Source of the DNA: Piromyces finnis finn
Lineage: Eukaryota > Fungi > Neocallimastigomycota
Assembly: GCA_002104945.1 (NCBI GenBank)
Contig: MCFH01000063.1
Span: forward strand, 1-64,000
DNA: 64,000 bases
Direction: 5' to 3'
In this document: piece after piece, positions 24,425-37,829 of the stretch
Position numbering within the stretch: position 1 is the stretch's first letter
Layout of the letters: the number at the start of each line of letters is the position of its first letter
Notes under the pieces: generated by a model
Told to the model about the DNA's origin: nothing
The model's database searches: none
Seen by the model: only the letters and a program-made list of their open reading frames with translations
Made by a program: the position numbers and the translations under genes

Positions 24425-26271
24425 TTTAACGGCATCAAATATTTTTAAACTTTATTATTAATTTAATTAAAATTATAATACATGTTATAAAAAGTAAAAA
24501 TTAAAAATAAAAAAAAATATGCTTAAATAAACACAAATAAATAAAAATTGGGTATAATGTATTCTAGTAATTTAAAGTAAGAAAGCCACTATTATACTGA
24601 AGTACAATAATTGTATTTGATTTCCAATGGGACACCGAATTAAATATCAAAACTTTGTCATAGGATTGATGCTCTTGGATGTTGCTTCAAACCTTTTGAA
24701 CATTGATTATTACTAGCCAATAACAAAAGGCATAATTTTGGTTAGAAGTTCCGTTGTTACCGTCAAGAATGGTGTTCTTTCGTAAGTGCCCCTAATTGAA
24801 TCTGACACTTGCAAAGTTCTTTCCATTCCCTTGAATTTTTTTTTGAATTGTAAGTGATGTTGTTAAAACTTCTTCCCCCAAGAAGGTATTTGAATATTTT
24901 ATTGCGAACATCAGAATAGTCATACACATTAATATTTACCGGATTATTAGAACTATTACTATTATTAATTAAATTACTATCTAAATTAAATTATTATCTT
25001 CACTATTGCTATCATTACTAATATTATTACTATTATTAAAATTAATGTTACTATTACTATTGTTATTATTACTATTATACTTATTAATATTAATAATATT
25101 ATTATTGTTATCTCTACTGATATTAACATTTTCATTATTATTGATAGGATCTGTTGGAATTACATTGACTGAAAAAATTTAATAGCTGGACTATGGAATC
25201 ATAATGTTTAATAAGGATATCTTTAAAAGTTGGACAATCTAATAACTAATGTTTAATACTTTGAACACCACACTTGCAACATGGACAGTAGTTAGGACAA
25301 ACTGGATCAACAAATTTAGCAGCTTTGGCAACTCTAGCATCCAACTTGTATCCGCTTCTTGCTTTCAATAGCCAGTAGAAGCCATAGGCAGACTCTGGGT
25401 ATTCATAACATAATTTAATAAAATCTTTAGTTTCACTAAATTTATTATCATCATAATATTGCGCTTTGATTGAATTCCCTTTGAGATCTTTCCAATAAAA
25501 GTTTTTAACTGCTTTAACATCTCCATGTTTCTTTAGTTTTTTATCAAGTGTCCTACTTGATTTGCACCACGTGTATTTTCTAAATTTAGGAATGTAATTG
25601 ACAAGGTATGAGATAATACAATTTGAGTTTTTCCATTTGTTAAAACATCTAACCTGAGCTAACGCACATTTGGCTGACAATGGGGGAATATTCAAATCTT
25701 TTGATATAGAGTATAAAGATATAAACGATACAGCTTTATGAACTCCGGCAACCCATCGTATTCCTTTGTTAACATGCTTCTGAGCAATCCTAGACCTGGC
25801 TTTGTTGGATCCAAGTAATGGTGAAAAGTATGAAACTCTGCTAATCACTTGTGAGTTAAGTACTAGCTTTTTGAAGGGAATAGGAATATTAGGATTTCTT
25901 AAGAATTTACTGACTGAAAAAAGTCCTTTCAAAACCTTGTTATTAAGAGCTTTAATTACTGGTTTAAGGGACAGATTCTTATCAAATGGAACACCAAGAT
26001 AAGTATAACAATCAGTAGTTGGAATGGGTTGTCCTGCTAAGTAAAATGTTGGATCTTTCTTGATCTGATTTTCTATTGATTCAGGACGAATCACCATCGT
26101 TGAACATTTCTGGATACCAAATTCCATTTCATTATACAATGCCCATTCATTAACTCTTCTTAGCATCTTTTTTAAGCATCCTCTTGTTGGAGCACAAATA
26201 ACTATATCATCTGCAAAAAGTCCACCACAGCAGCATCCTCTTGATGGAGCACAAATAACTATATCATCTGC

Positions 26272-26275
<4 letters not shown>
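24425..26275 (-). mobile_element. Older LINE copy, 3' portion (RT from FADD onward, CCHC finger, 3' UTR); interrupted and decayed
   Basis: Paralogous to 26315-28190. It ends in GATGCCGTT like the inner copy, has a stop at 25246 and indels toward the 3' end. It is flanked with its 5' piece by CTATATTTAA at 24420-24429 and 32077-32086. Confidence 0.9.
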
Positions 26276-26317
<42 letters not shown>

Positions 26318-26552
26318 GGCATCAAATATTTTAAACTTTATTATTAATTTAATTAAAATTATAATACATGAAATATAAAAATTAAAATAAAATAAAAATA
26401 AAAAAAATATGTTTAAATAAACACAAATGAATAAAAATTGGGTATAATGTATTCTAGTAATTTTAATTAAAGTAAGAAAGCCACTATCATACTAAAGTAT
26501 AATAATTGTATTTGACTTCCAATGGGACACCGAGCCAAAGATCAAAATTTTA

Positions 26553-29500
26553 TCATGGGACAAAATTATGATCTCCATTGGTTGCGCTGGCCCTCCTGGC
26601 CTGTCTTACTGTTTCTTCAGCATTGACGCTCTTGGATGTTGCTTCAAACCTTTTGAACATTGACCATTGCTGGCCAATAGCAAAAGGCATGATTTTGGTT
26701 AGAAGTTCCGCGGTTACCGTCAAGAATGGTGTTCCTTCATTAGTACCAGATTGAATCTGACGCTTACAAAGTTCTTTCCATTCCCTTGAATTGTAATTGA
26801 TATTGTTAAAACTTCTTCCCCCAAGAAGGAATTTAAATATTTTACTGCACACACTAGAATAATCATACACATTAATATTCACCGGATTATTAGAACTATT
26901 ACTATCATTAACTAAATTACTATCTAAATTAGAATTATTATCTTCACTATTGCTATCATTACTAATATTATTATTTCTATTACTACTATTGTTATTATTA
27001 CTATTGTTACTATTACTATTGTTATTATTACTATTGTTACTATTACTATTAATATTATTACTATCTCTACTGATATTATCAATTTCATTATTATTGATAG
27101 GACTATTGGAATTACGTTGACTGAAAAAATTTAATAGCTGGACTATGGAATCATAATGTTTAATACGGATATCTCTAAATGTTGGACAATCTAATAACCA
27201 ATGTTTAATACTTTGATCTCCACACTTGCAACATGGACAGTAGTTAGGACAAACTGGATCAACAAATTTGGCAGCTTTGGCAACTCTAGCATCCAACTTG
27301 TATCCGCTTCTTGCTTTCAATAGCCAGTAGAAGCCATAGGCAAACTCTGGGTACTCATAACATAATTTAATAAAATCTTTAGTTTCAATAAACTTATTAT
27401 CATCATAATATTGCGCTTTGATTGAATTCCCTTTGAGATCTTTCCAATAAAAGTTTTTAACTGCTTTAACATCTCCATGTTTCTTTAGTTTTTTATCAAG
27501 TGTCCTACTTGATTTGCACCACGTGTATTTTCTAAATTTAGGAATGTAATTGACAAGGTGTGAGATAATACAACTTGAGTTTTTCCATTTGTTAAAACAT
27601 CTAACCTGAGCTAAAGCACATTTGGCTGACAATGGAGGAATATTCAAATCTTTTGAGATAGAGTATAAAGATATAAACGATACAGCTTTATGAACTCCGG
27701 CAATCCATCGTATTCCTTTGTTAACATGCTTCTGAGCAATCCTAGACCTAGCTTTGTTGGATCCAAGTAATGGTGCAAAGTATGAAACTCTGCTAATCAC
27801 TTGTGAGTTAAGTACTAGTTTTTTGAAGGGAATAGGAATATTAGGATTTCTTAAGAATTTACTGACTGAGAAAAGTCCTTTCAAAACCTTGTTATTGAGA
27901 GTTTTAATTACTGGTTTAAGGGACAGATTCTTATCAAATGGAACACCAAGATAAGTATAACAATCAGTAGTTGGAATGGGTTGTCCTGCTAAGTAAAATG
28001 TTGGATCTCTCTTGTTCTGATTTTCTATTGATTCAGGACGAATCACCATCGTTGAACATTTCTGGATACCAAATTCCATTTCATTATACAATGCCCATTC
28101 ATTAACTCTTCTAAGCATCTTTTTTAAGCATCCTCTTGTTGGAGCACAAATAACTATATCATCTGCAAAAAGTCCACCACAGCATCGAGTGTCACCTAAA
28201 CTGACTCCTAGATCTTCGCACTCTCTAAATATATCATTAATAAAGAGATTAAAGAGAATAGGAGAAAGAGGGCAACCTTGACGGACTCCTTTCTTCACAT
28301 CAAAAGATTTCGAGAATTGTCCATCTAATTTGACATTAGCCTTAGATGTTAAATATAAATTTTTGATAAATTGTAGACTCTTACCTCGGATTCCTAAACA
28401 ATCTAATTTATGGAGAATATTACCGATTGGGACTGAATCGTATGCTTTCCTGAGATCTAAAAAGGCCAAATATGTCTCTTTATTATCTAATTGACGTCTA
28501 CGGCATATTTCTTGGATTGAAATGAAAAGACTAATACTTTCTTCCTTTTTTCGAAAACCAAATTGTTCAGGTCTAATGAAATTATTCTTTAAACCATATT
28601 CTGAGATTCTAGTGGTGACAATTTTGGAAATCAACTTAATACCATTATTGATAAGTGATATACCTCGATAGTTATCACAATCTGTCAAATCTCCCTTCTT
28701 AGGAATAGAAACAATACTGGATTCATTCCATGAGTTGGGGAAATCTCCATCCCAAATACGGTTGAATAATTTAAGAATAAAATTTAAACCATGAGCATCA
28801 TTATCTGAAGTAGTATTACCAGAAGAATTATTATCTGTAGCATTATTAGAATCATTACTTGATGGAACTAATGCTTTGTAAAATTCAATTGGAATACCAT
28901 CCGGACCTGATGCTTTATAATTTGGAGTAGTGAGGATAGCTGACTTGACTTCATCAATACTAATATCTTGGTTGATATCCCACTCATCAAGCATAGGAAG
29001 TGAAAAACGTTTATTCGTTGGTTCTTCATACCAATGCTCCAAATCAAGACTTACACCACTTGGGTCTGATGCAAGATTTTCGAAATGATCATGCCACACA
29101 TCTAGTTGTTCTTCCGTAGCAACAACTAATTCTCCATTTTTATTTTTAATTGGTTGAGCAATAAAGAAAGAATCTTTTCCAATTTTTGCAGTTTTCTTGA
29201 TCCATTTCCAGGCCTTCTTAGGATTATGACTCTTCATATACTCACATCCTGTTTAAATCCAATGAAGATATTCTTGCTTCCTAAATTCATTACATCTTTT
29301 GTGGATGTAATCAATGAGTTTACGGTAGATTTTAATTCTTTTAATAAATTCATCTATATCATAAATTCTTTCTTTTTTAAATCTCTTATACAACTTCATT
29401 TTGATTTTTTGAAGATTAAAAATTTGTTGTGAAATATGAAATGAAGACTTTATAACATTATTTGCTGAAGTAATACTGAGCTCGTCTGCAATTGAAAAAG

Positions 29501-31079
29501 CAGTTGAAGTAAACTCTTTGGAAAGTTCATCTGTAGAAACATTAGGATCGTTGGATTTTGCTGAAAGTATTTGGAATTTATTATGACTGAGAATAGATTC
29601 CTTTTCCTCAATACATTTTAATCTATTCCATTTCAGAATTTTCTTAGGAACATTAAAGTCATTAGAAAAATCTTCCATAGGAATAATTTTACCATTAATA
29701 AGAAGTGGCTTATGGTCTGATACAGGATAAAAATTATTTATAAATGATCCTGAGTGAATAAGATCTTTCATCTTCGAATTGATAAGAGCATGGTCAATGT
29801 CGGAAGATTGTTCACCTCGAGTCCAAGAGATAGTCGACCCTCTAAGCGGAAGAATTTCCCAATCTCCTAATCCATTAGTTGATAACCAATTGGATAATTT
29901 TACTTTAGACATATTAAAATCACCAACAAGAATCGATGGATGGGATGAATGAGTTTGTAACCACAAGCGAACTTCTAACTTTGCATGATCAACATAGATG
30001 TTGTGATGACTATGAGGCATATAAACATTTCCAATCGAGCATTTGAATCTATTCCAGAGACTAAAAGTATAAATAGAAATAATATACTTTCCAGAGAAGT
30101 TTTCAAGTGAGGCTTGACACGAATTGTGAAAACCTAAATATAAACCTCTCATTCCAGGAACTGATTCGTCAGCTTTCTTGAAAAAGTGTCTATAGTTTCG
30201 CAAAGTAACACGACAAGGATAATCTGTATTTGAACCAGAACCATTACCAGTTTCTTGGAAACATAAGAATAATGGTTTGAAAATAGCTGTGAAATAGCTA
30301 ATACTATCTCTCTTTTCGTGATTCCACCCATTGGTGTTCCAACTAAGACAAAAAGAAAAGTTATCAGGCTTGTTGGATGAGGAAGAATCGTTGCTATTAT
30401 TATTATTATTAAAGTCATCGTTATTAATGGATGATGCATCAGAGGAATAAGTAGAACTATTACTAGATGGCTGTGAAACTGAAGAACTATCAACTATTGA
30501 ACTGTTATCAGAGTTGATAGAACTATTAGAATTAATTGTTGAATGTTGAGATTGAAATTGTGTTTGCTGTAGATCTGGAATATTTTCATGATGGGAAACT
30601 TGTTGAAGATCCTGTTGAAGATCTTGTTGAAGATCGGATTGTTGATGAGATTGTTGAACTGATTGTTGAACTGATTGTTGAAATGATTGTTGAATAGAAT
30701 GTTGATGTTTATTAGAAACTAAAATTTTACGTTTGAGAGTGGAAAAAGTGTATTTGTGATTCCTTCTACTACGAGCTGAAAAGGAAATTGAGGTAACTGA
30801 AAGTTTCTTCTTTAACATGTGTAAGATTTTAATACAATCTTTTGATGAACCATGAACCTTGACTAAGAAAAAGTGATCATTGAAAGTCTGAAAATATTTA
30901 ACACTAATAACTGAATTAAATTTATCTTCTAGAATAACCTCGAGTTTTTCCCATAGCATATTTACTGACCATGATCGAATACCACGGATAAAGAAGGAGC
31001 GAATATCATCTAAGGGGATACCATAAGACCGGGTACCACGTCTGATATAATTCTTATCTTTAAAATAAAGGACTGACAT
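26553..31079 (-). CDS. LINE polyprotein (N-terminal extension, APE endonuclease, reverse transcriptase, CCHC finger), one frame interrupted by a single TAA at 29253-29255
   Basis: APE motifs SWNTNG, CFQETG, ILVGDFN, DIDHAL and SDHKPL. RT motifs KASGPDGI, DNYRGISL, QFGFR, FLDLRKAYDSV, GVRQGCPLSPILF, FADD and YLGV. C-terminal CPCCKC..IKHWLLDC. The 608-aa and 894-aa ORFs are in the same frame, separated by TAA plus 5 codons. Confidence 0.9.
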
Positions 31080-31676
31080 GATAATAAATTCTAATTAAAA
31101 AATATTGAATATAAAATAAATACTAATAAAAATTACAAATATAACGTATATGGAAAAAAATTTGTCTCTCTCTCTCTTCTTAAAAGTACTGGATAGTACA
31201 AAAATTGTTACGATGCTTTGTTTAAAGTTTCTTTTTTTGAATTCTAGTTGTAAATTTTCTTTAAAAATTCTAGTTTTGGTTTGTTGTTAGTAAATTCGAT
31301 TCGCTTTTTGACACTAAACTTGTTTGACTTTACTTTTCATTAAATATTTAAATTGGTAAAAAATTTGAATCAAGAATGTCGACACCAGAAAGCTTGTGAA
31401 TAGTATTTTTACATGATGTAGAGTGAATCAGTCTCTTACAAGAAACAATACAACAATAGCTACATGAATATAAAAGTACAATGCAAATGCTAAAGTTGAC
31501 TACATTGGATTCTTACAAGAGAAGAGTAGTACTACATGAATACATGAATAAAAGAAAAAATACAGCAACAAAATGTATTACTCTTCTAATTAAATACTAT
31601 ACAAACTTACCTGAAAAATCAAACATTCACTTATTCATCAAATACTTAAATTTGATGAATAAAATGTTTTTTAATC

Positions 31677-31965
31677 GCTCAGTACCATGAGCTTAGTCCT
31701 AATAATTTTCCCTTGAAGACTAACCAAGCATCCATTGCGCAATGCTTGGATTTAATTCTTTCTACTCTCTCAGTACCATGAGCATGAGTAGACCCCCTTG
31801 AGAAATTACATTTATTAAATAAATGAAGGCACATTCCTAAGAGGGCACCAAGCATCCATTGCGCAATACTTGGATTTAATTCTTTCTACTCTCTCAGTAC
31901 CATGAGCATGAGTAGACCCCCTTGAGAAACTACATTTATTAAATAAATGAAGGCACGTTCCCAAG
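31677..31965 (-). repeat. Two 118-bp monomers (period 124 bp) plus a partial third at the LINE 5' end
   Basis: 31724-31841 and 31848-31965 differ at 4 positions. The hairpin CTCA-TGGTAC-TGAG is repeated a third time at 31677-31692. Confidence 0.9.
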
Positions 31966-32078
31966 ATCATCTGCAAAAAGTCCACCACAGCATCCTAAAC
32001 AATCTAATTTATGGAGAATATTATCGATTGGGACTGAATCGGATGTTTTCCTGAGATCTAAAAAGGCCAAATATGTCT
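31966..32078 (-). mobile_element. 5' stub of the older LINE copy
   Basis: 31995-32078 matches 28394-28477 region (RT FLDLRK..DCLG) and is joined to 31966-31994, which matches 28158-28186 (CCGGLFADD). Confidence 0.88.
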
Positions 32079-32650
32079 ATATTTAATAAAGGTAAATTTA
32101 TAAAGTAATTACTAATAATGTTATAAAAAAGTTTCTCTATAATTTTACTATAAATACATCCTCCTTATTCATATATTTTTACTTTTATTATTGTTAATAT
32201 TTCTTAAGAAAAAAAAAACATTATTAATCCTTTATTGAAAAACCAACAAAAAACTAAAAGATTTATTTACAAAAAAAAAAAAGGCATATTTTAAAGAAAA
32301 GAAAGAAAGAATGAAAAAATCATTGAAATAATATTTTTAAAAAAAATTTCATATTTTTTTATTTTATTACTTTTATTTATTTTTATTTCAAAATTTTTTT
32401 TTTTTTTTTTTTAGATCATATCTTGTTTGACTTTTTTTTTTTAATATTTATTTGATATTTTTGAATTACTTTTTTTTTTTTATAACTATTTGATTATTAG
32501 CCTAATTTTTTTTTTGAATATTTATTAAGGTATAAATTATTTAATAATCTTAATAGTATAAAATTTTTTTATATAATAGAATGTATGAAACTTTATTATA
32601 TAGTAATCTAACATCAAATTATTAAAAAGTAAATTTTATCTAAATTTTTT

Positions 32651-33808
<1,158 letters not shown>

Positions 33809-36800
33809 TTATAATATATGCTTAATAAAAATGATTTATAAATATTATAAAATTGAAATCAAAATCTAAAAATATTATTATTAAAAATTAATAGATAAAG
33901 TATTAGTATTTCCATAACTTTTTTTTTTTAAACTATTATTTCAATGAGTGTTTACCTTTTTTAAATAAAAAATGATAATAATAAGATATTAGTGAATAGT
34001 TTAAATGTTTAGTATAATATTTTTTGGATGTTTTTTTTTTCTATTATTTACAATAAACTTGATATTTTAAACTATGATAAAGTTAAACATTATATATTAC
34101 AAAAAATTTTATGTTTTTTTTTTGTTTTTTATTTGGTATATTGTTTTAATTTTATGGTATGAATTTCCCACTAATTTAAAATATAAAACTATTAATAAAT
34201 ATTAAAAAATATTATTTTAATAAATATTAAAGAAATAAAAAATTTTTAAAAAAAAATTAAAAAAAAGAAAAGAATTTTTTTGTCTTTTTATACTTTTTTT
34301 TTTTATTTATGCCTTTTATTACTAGAAATTTTTAAAATTTTATTATTACGAAAGAATTACTAATAATTTCCATTTTCCAAAAAAAATAAAAAATAAAATA
34401 AATTAAAAATTTAAAAATCAAGTCATAAATTAAAAAAATTAATAATAAATATAAAATAAATGGTCATTCAATTATACTGTATATTACTAATATATAAAAT
34501 TATATTATAGTAATAAATGAATATTTATTTATTTAGTTATATACTCATTCATTAAATTAAATTAAATATTTATTTATTTTACTATTATTACATTCATTAA
34601 TATAATTTTATAAAAAAAAAAAGGCTAAAACCATGTTTAATGACTACAATTACTAATAAAAAGGAATAGTAAAGTGAATAAGGAATAATAGTAAAAAGGA
34701 ATAGTAAAAAGAAGAAATAGAGGTATTCATTAATAATGTTTATTAATAAAATTTTCTTTTTATAGTTTTAAAAAACTATTGCTTTTTTTTAGAGGCTACT
34801 ATGGGAATGTTTTAATTCTGATCATACTTTGTGTAAAGGCATCGATAATTCATTGTTTATATATCAATGTTGACTTTTTTTTTTCTAGTATTATGATAAA
34901 TGAATGAATGATGATTAATATTTTTTGATTGTTAATATTCATTTATTACCTTGAGCTTGATAAAGAGATGCATTGACATAAAAAAGTACACCCACACTAG
35001 TGAATAAAAAATATAACAAATATTACTATTCATTAACCACAAACACTTCCTACACTTTTATTTTCTAATTAACCACAAGCCTTACTTGCATTTTTGTATT
35101 TCTAATTATTATTTTTAAAAGTGTCCATTTTATTTTTAAAAAAAATGTCTTTTTTAATCAATGATTAGAATACCCAATAAAACAAATTAAATAAAAGTAA
35201 AACAATTCACATAAAGAAAATGATGGAATGTAAAAAGATAATAAAAAAGAATGTCGATTAAAATGAATGATGCAATGTAAAGGCCATCGCTTGATTTTAT
35301 TTCCTTTATTTTTTTTCTTAATTCTTCATTTTTTATTTGTTTTGGCCATGCTTTCCCATTCTTTTTTCTTCCTTCCCACTATTCTAGAAGGATCTTTCCT
35401 ATATGAGATTATTTCACTTTTAAAAAGTGCACTTTTAAATTTAAAAAAACGCCATACTATTTAATTTTTTATATTGATAATACACATAGTTATATATTAC
35501 AATATAATGTAATATACCAATTTTAGTTTGATAGTTTAATGGACTTCAAAAAAGAATTTTCCCAATTCATATTAAATTAAAAATAATATATATGAACTAT
35601 ATATTATAATATAATATAAAATTAATTAATATAATTTAAAATTTGACTACTAAAAAATACAAAAAAATATATTAATCCATTTATTAGAATATATTATAAT
35701 ATATAGATTATTGAATTATATATTCTATTTGTTTTTTAAAAATTTTAAAATTTTAAAATTTTAAATTTTAAAATTACTATTTATAGAAATAACCAATTAT
35801 TGGTAAAAAGAAAATTAATGAATGAACAATTAATAAGTAAATAAATTTAATATAAAACATTCAAAATATGAATGAATACATTAAATAAATCTCATGTGAA
35901 AAAGGATAAATTTAATGTTGACATCCACCAAAAAAAATTAATAAAAAAATTAATTAATATGAAAATAATAATTAATTAATAAAAAGTTGACTTTTATTAA
36001 TAATGGTAATAGTAATGAGAAAAAAAAAAAAAAAAAAGAAGATGATGATGAAGAATAACGATAAAGGTTTAAACTAAAAAAAGGAGAAAATAGACATACA
36101 AAAAATAAGAATAGAAATGGAATGAAAATAGTTTGGATAAATAAAAGTATTAAAAAAAAATAAACCTTTTTAATATTAATAAAATTTTAAAAAAATAATA
36201 GTAATACGACTAAAAAAGGTTTAATTTAAAAATAATAACAATACATGGCTTTTCTTTAATTAAAAAATTGAAAAGGATATAATCTAAAGTTTATTTTAAA
36301 TAGAATAAGAAGGGTGAGTAAAAATTTTAAAATGTCATATTGAACTATTATTTTTTTAGACTTTTTTTTTTTTTCAAATCGGAATAAATGGAACACTTTA
36401 AAAAAAACTTTATTATTTATCTATTTTTCTGTATTTAACTAAAAAGGTGGGCTATAACCATAAAACATATAGGATTAAAAAAAATAATAAGGAAATATTA
36501 CTGTTTTTTTTTCTTTTTCTTTTTCTTTTTTTTTTTTTTTTACTATTATATGGTTTAATAAATAGTTTTATTTTTTATTATTAATTCTTATTTTTCACCC
36601 TATCTAGTAATATAATAATTAAAATTATTAAACTTTTTTTTTTTTTCAAATTGAGTATTGAATGGATGGCAAATAAACTTTTTTTTTATAAATAAATAAT
36701 AAATAAAATATTTAAATAATTATCAGATGATGCTTTGCAACATAATTAAAATAATCTTTAACTTTGATATATATAAATATTTTGTTTCTTAGTTATTTCT

Positions 36801-37649
36801 TGGTTATCCTGGTTATCAAAAATCAATAAACTAAAGCTTTTTTTTATTTTTAAAAAATAAATAGCCATGGAAAGTAATTATTTATTTATCACAAAATAAT
36901 ATCCTTTCTTGATAATAAAACACGGATAAAATGATAAAATGATTTGTAATGATGATATTTATTTAATTATTTTCATTATCTATTCATTATCAATTAAATT
37001 AATTAAAATTCCAAAATAAAATAGAGAAAAAAAAGTACTCTTTATAAGGATTAGATTCTATATATTTAGAACAGTTTTTTTTTTATTCAGCTTCATTAAG
37101 GAACAACCTTTTTTTGATCATTTCATTTATTATTATGTAAATATATAATTGTTCATAGTGTATACTAGTGTAAACTTGAATATTTAAAAACTTTAAAAAT
37201 GAAAATATCTAAAGTTTTACTATTTAATTTAAACTTTTTTATTTCACTTTTTAGTTAAATCTTTTAATATTCCCTAAAATATTAAATTAATTGAATTATT
37301 TAAAAGCAATGCGTTAAATTATGCATTATAATTAATAAAGCAATTAATTTATCTCATTCATTAAAAATAAAGAAGCTTTTTATTTAGAAAGCAATAATAT
37401 ATATATATATTTTTTAAATCACAGTAATTCATTAGAGCTTATTGAGATATATTGATTATTTATTATTGTAAATTTAATAGGAATAAAATCTTATTTAAAT
37501 GTCAAAAATAATAATAAATAATATGGAAATTATTGCAAATGACAGAAAATAGAAATGAAATATTAATAATATGAGTATATTTTATCTCTGCATTACTACC
37601 CTTTAAAACTAATTATTGTGAATACATGCATAATATAACATTTATATTC

Positions 37650-37672
37650 ATGTAGGGTTAATAACCCTACAT
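37650..37672. promoter_or_regulatory. Perfect 11-1-11 inverted repeat ATGTAGGGTTA-A-TAACCCTACAT upstream of the 229-aa gene
   Basis: Direct reading; ~160 bp before the ATG at 37830. Function is inferred only. Confidence 0.4.
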
Positions 37673-37829
37673 ACATATATATAAATTTTAAATTTTATTA
37701 TTAAAAGTTTATTGATTAAAATTTTAGCTTTTTTCTTATTTTTTTTTTTTTTTGGTAAAAGTTTAATAAATAATCCTCTACTTTACTTATCATTACAATA
37801 AATATAACAAAAATAAATAAATAATCATT

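Larger units (their letters stand above)
26276..31965 (-). mobile_element. Full-length APE-type non-LTR retrotransposon (LINE), ~5.7 kb
   Basis: 39-nt poly(A) at 26276-26314; 13-bp TSD ATCATCTGCAAAA at 26263-26275 and 31966-31978; APE, RT and CCHC coding region; tandem 5' monomers. Confidence 0.92.

Noticed and set aside
25246-26325. 359-aa ORF starting MMPLKKKK as a real gene
   Set aside because: It is a chimera: the start and poly-Lys come from the inner LINE 3' end and poly(A), read into the older copy.
31724-31965. LINE 5' monomers as a canonical HDV-like, hammerhead or twister ribozyme
   Set aside because: HDV: there is no P3/L3 with the P1.1 pyrimidines and no catalytic C after the P4-like stem. 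Hammerhead: CTGAGAGAGTAGAAAG only loosely resembles CUGANGA..GAAA and no UH cleavage triplet sits before the candidate stem I. Twister: core motifs are incomplete.
31677-31965. CRISPR array or LTR
   Set aside because: Eukaryotic context, only 2-3 long units with no unique spacers, and the element ends in poly(A) with no matching 3' repeat.
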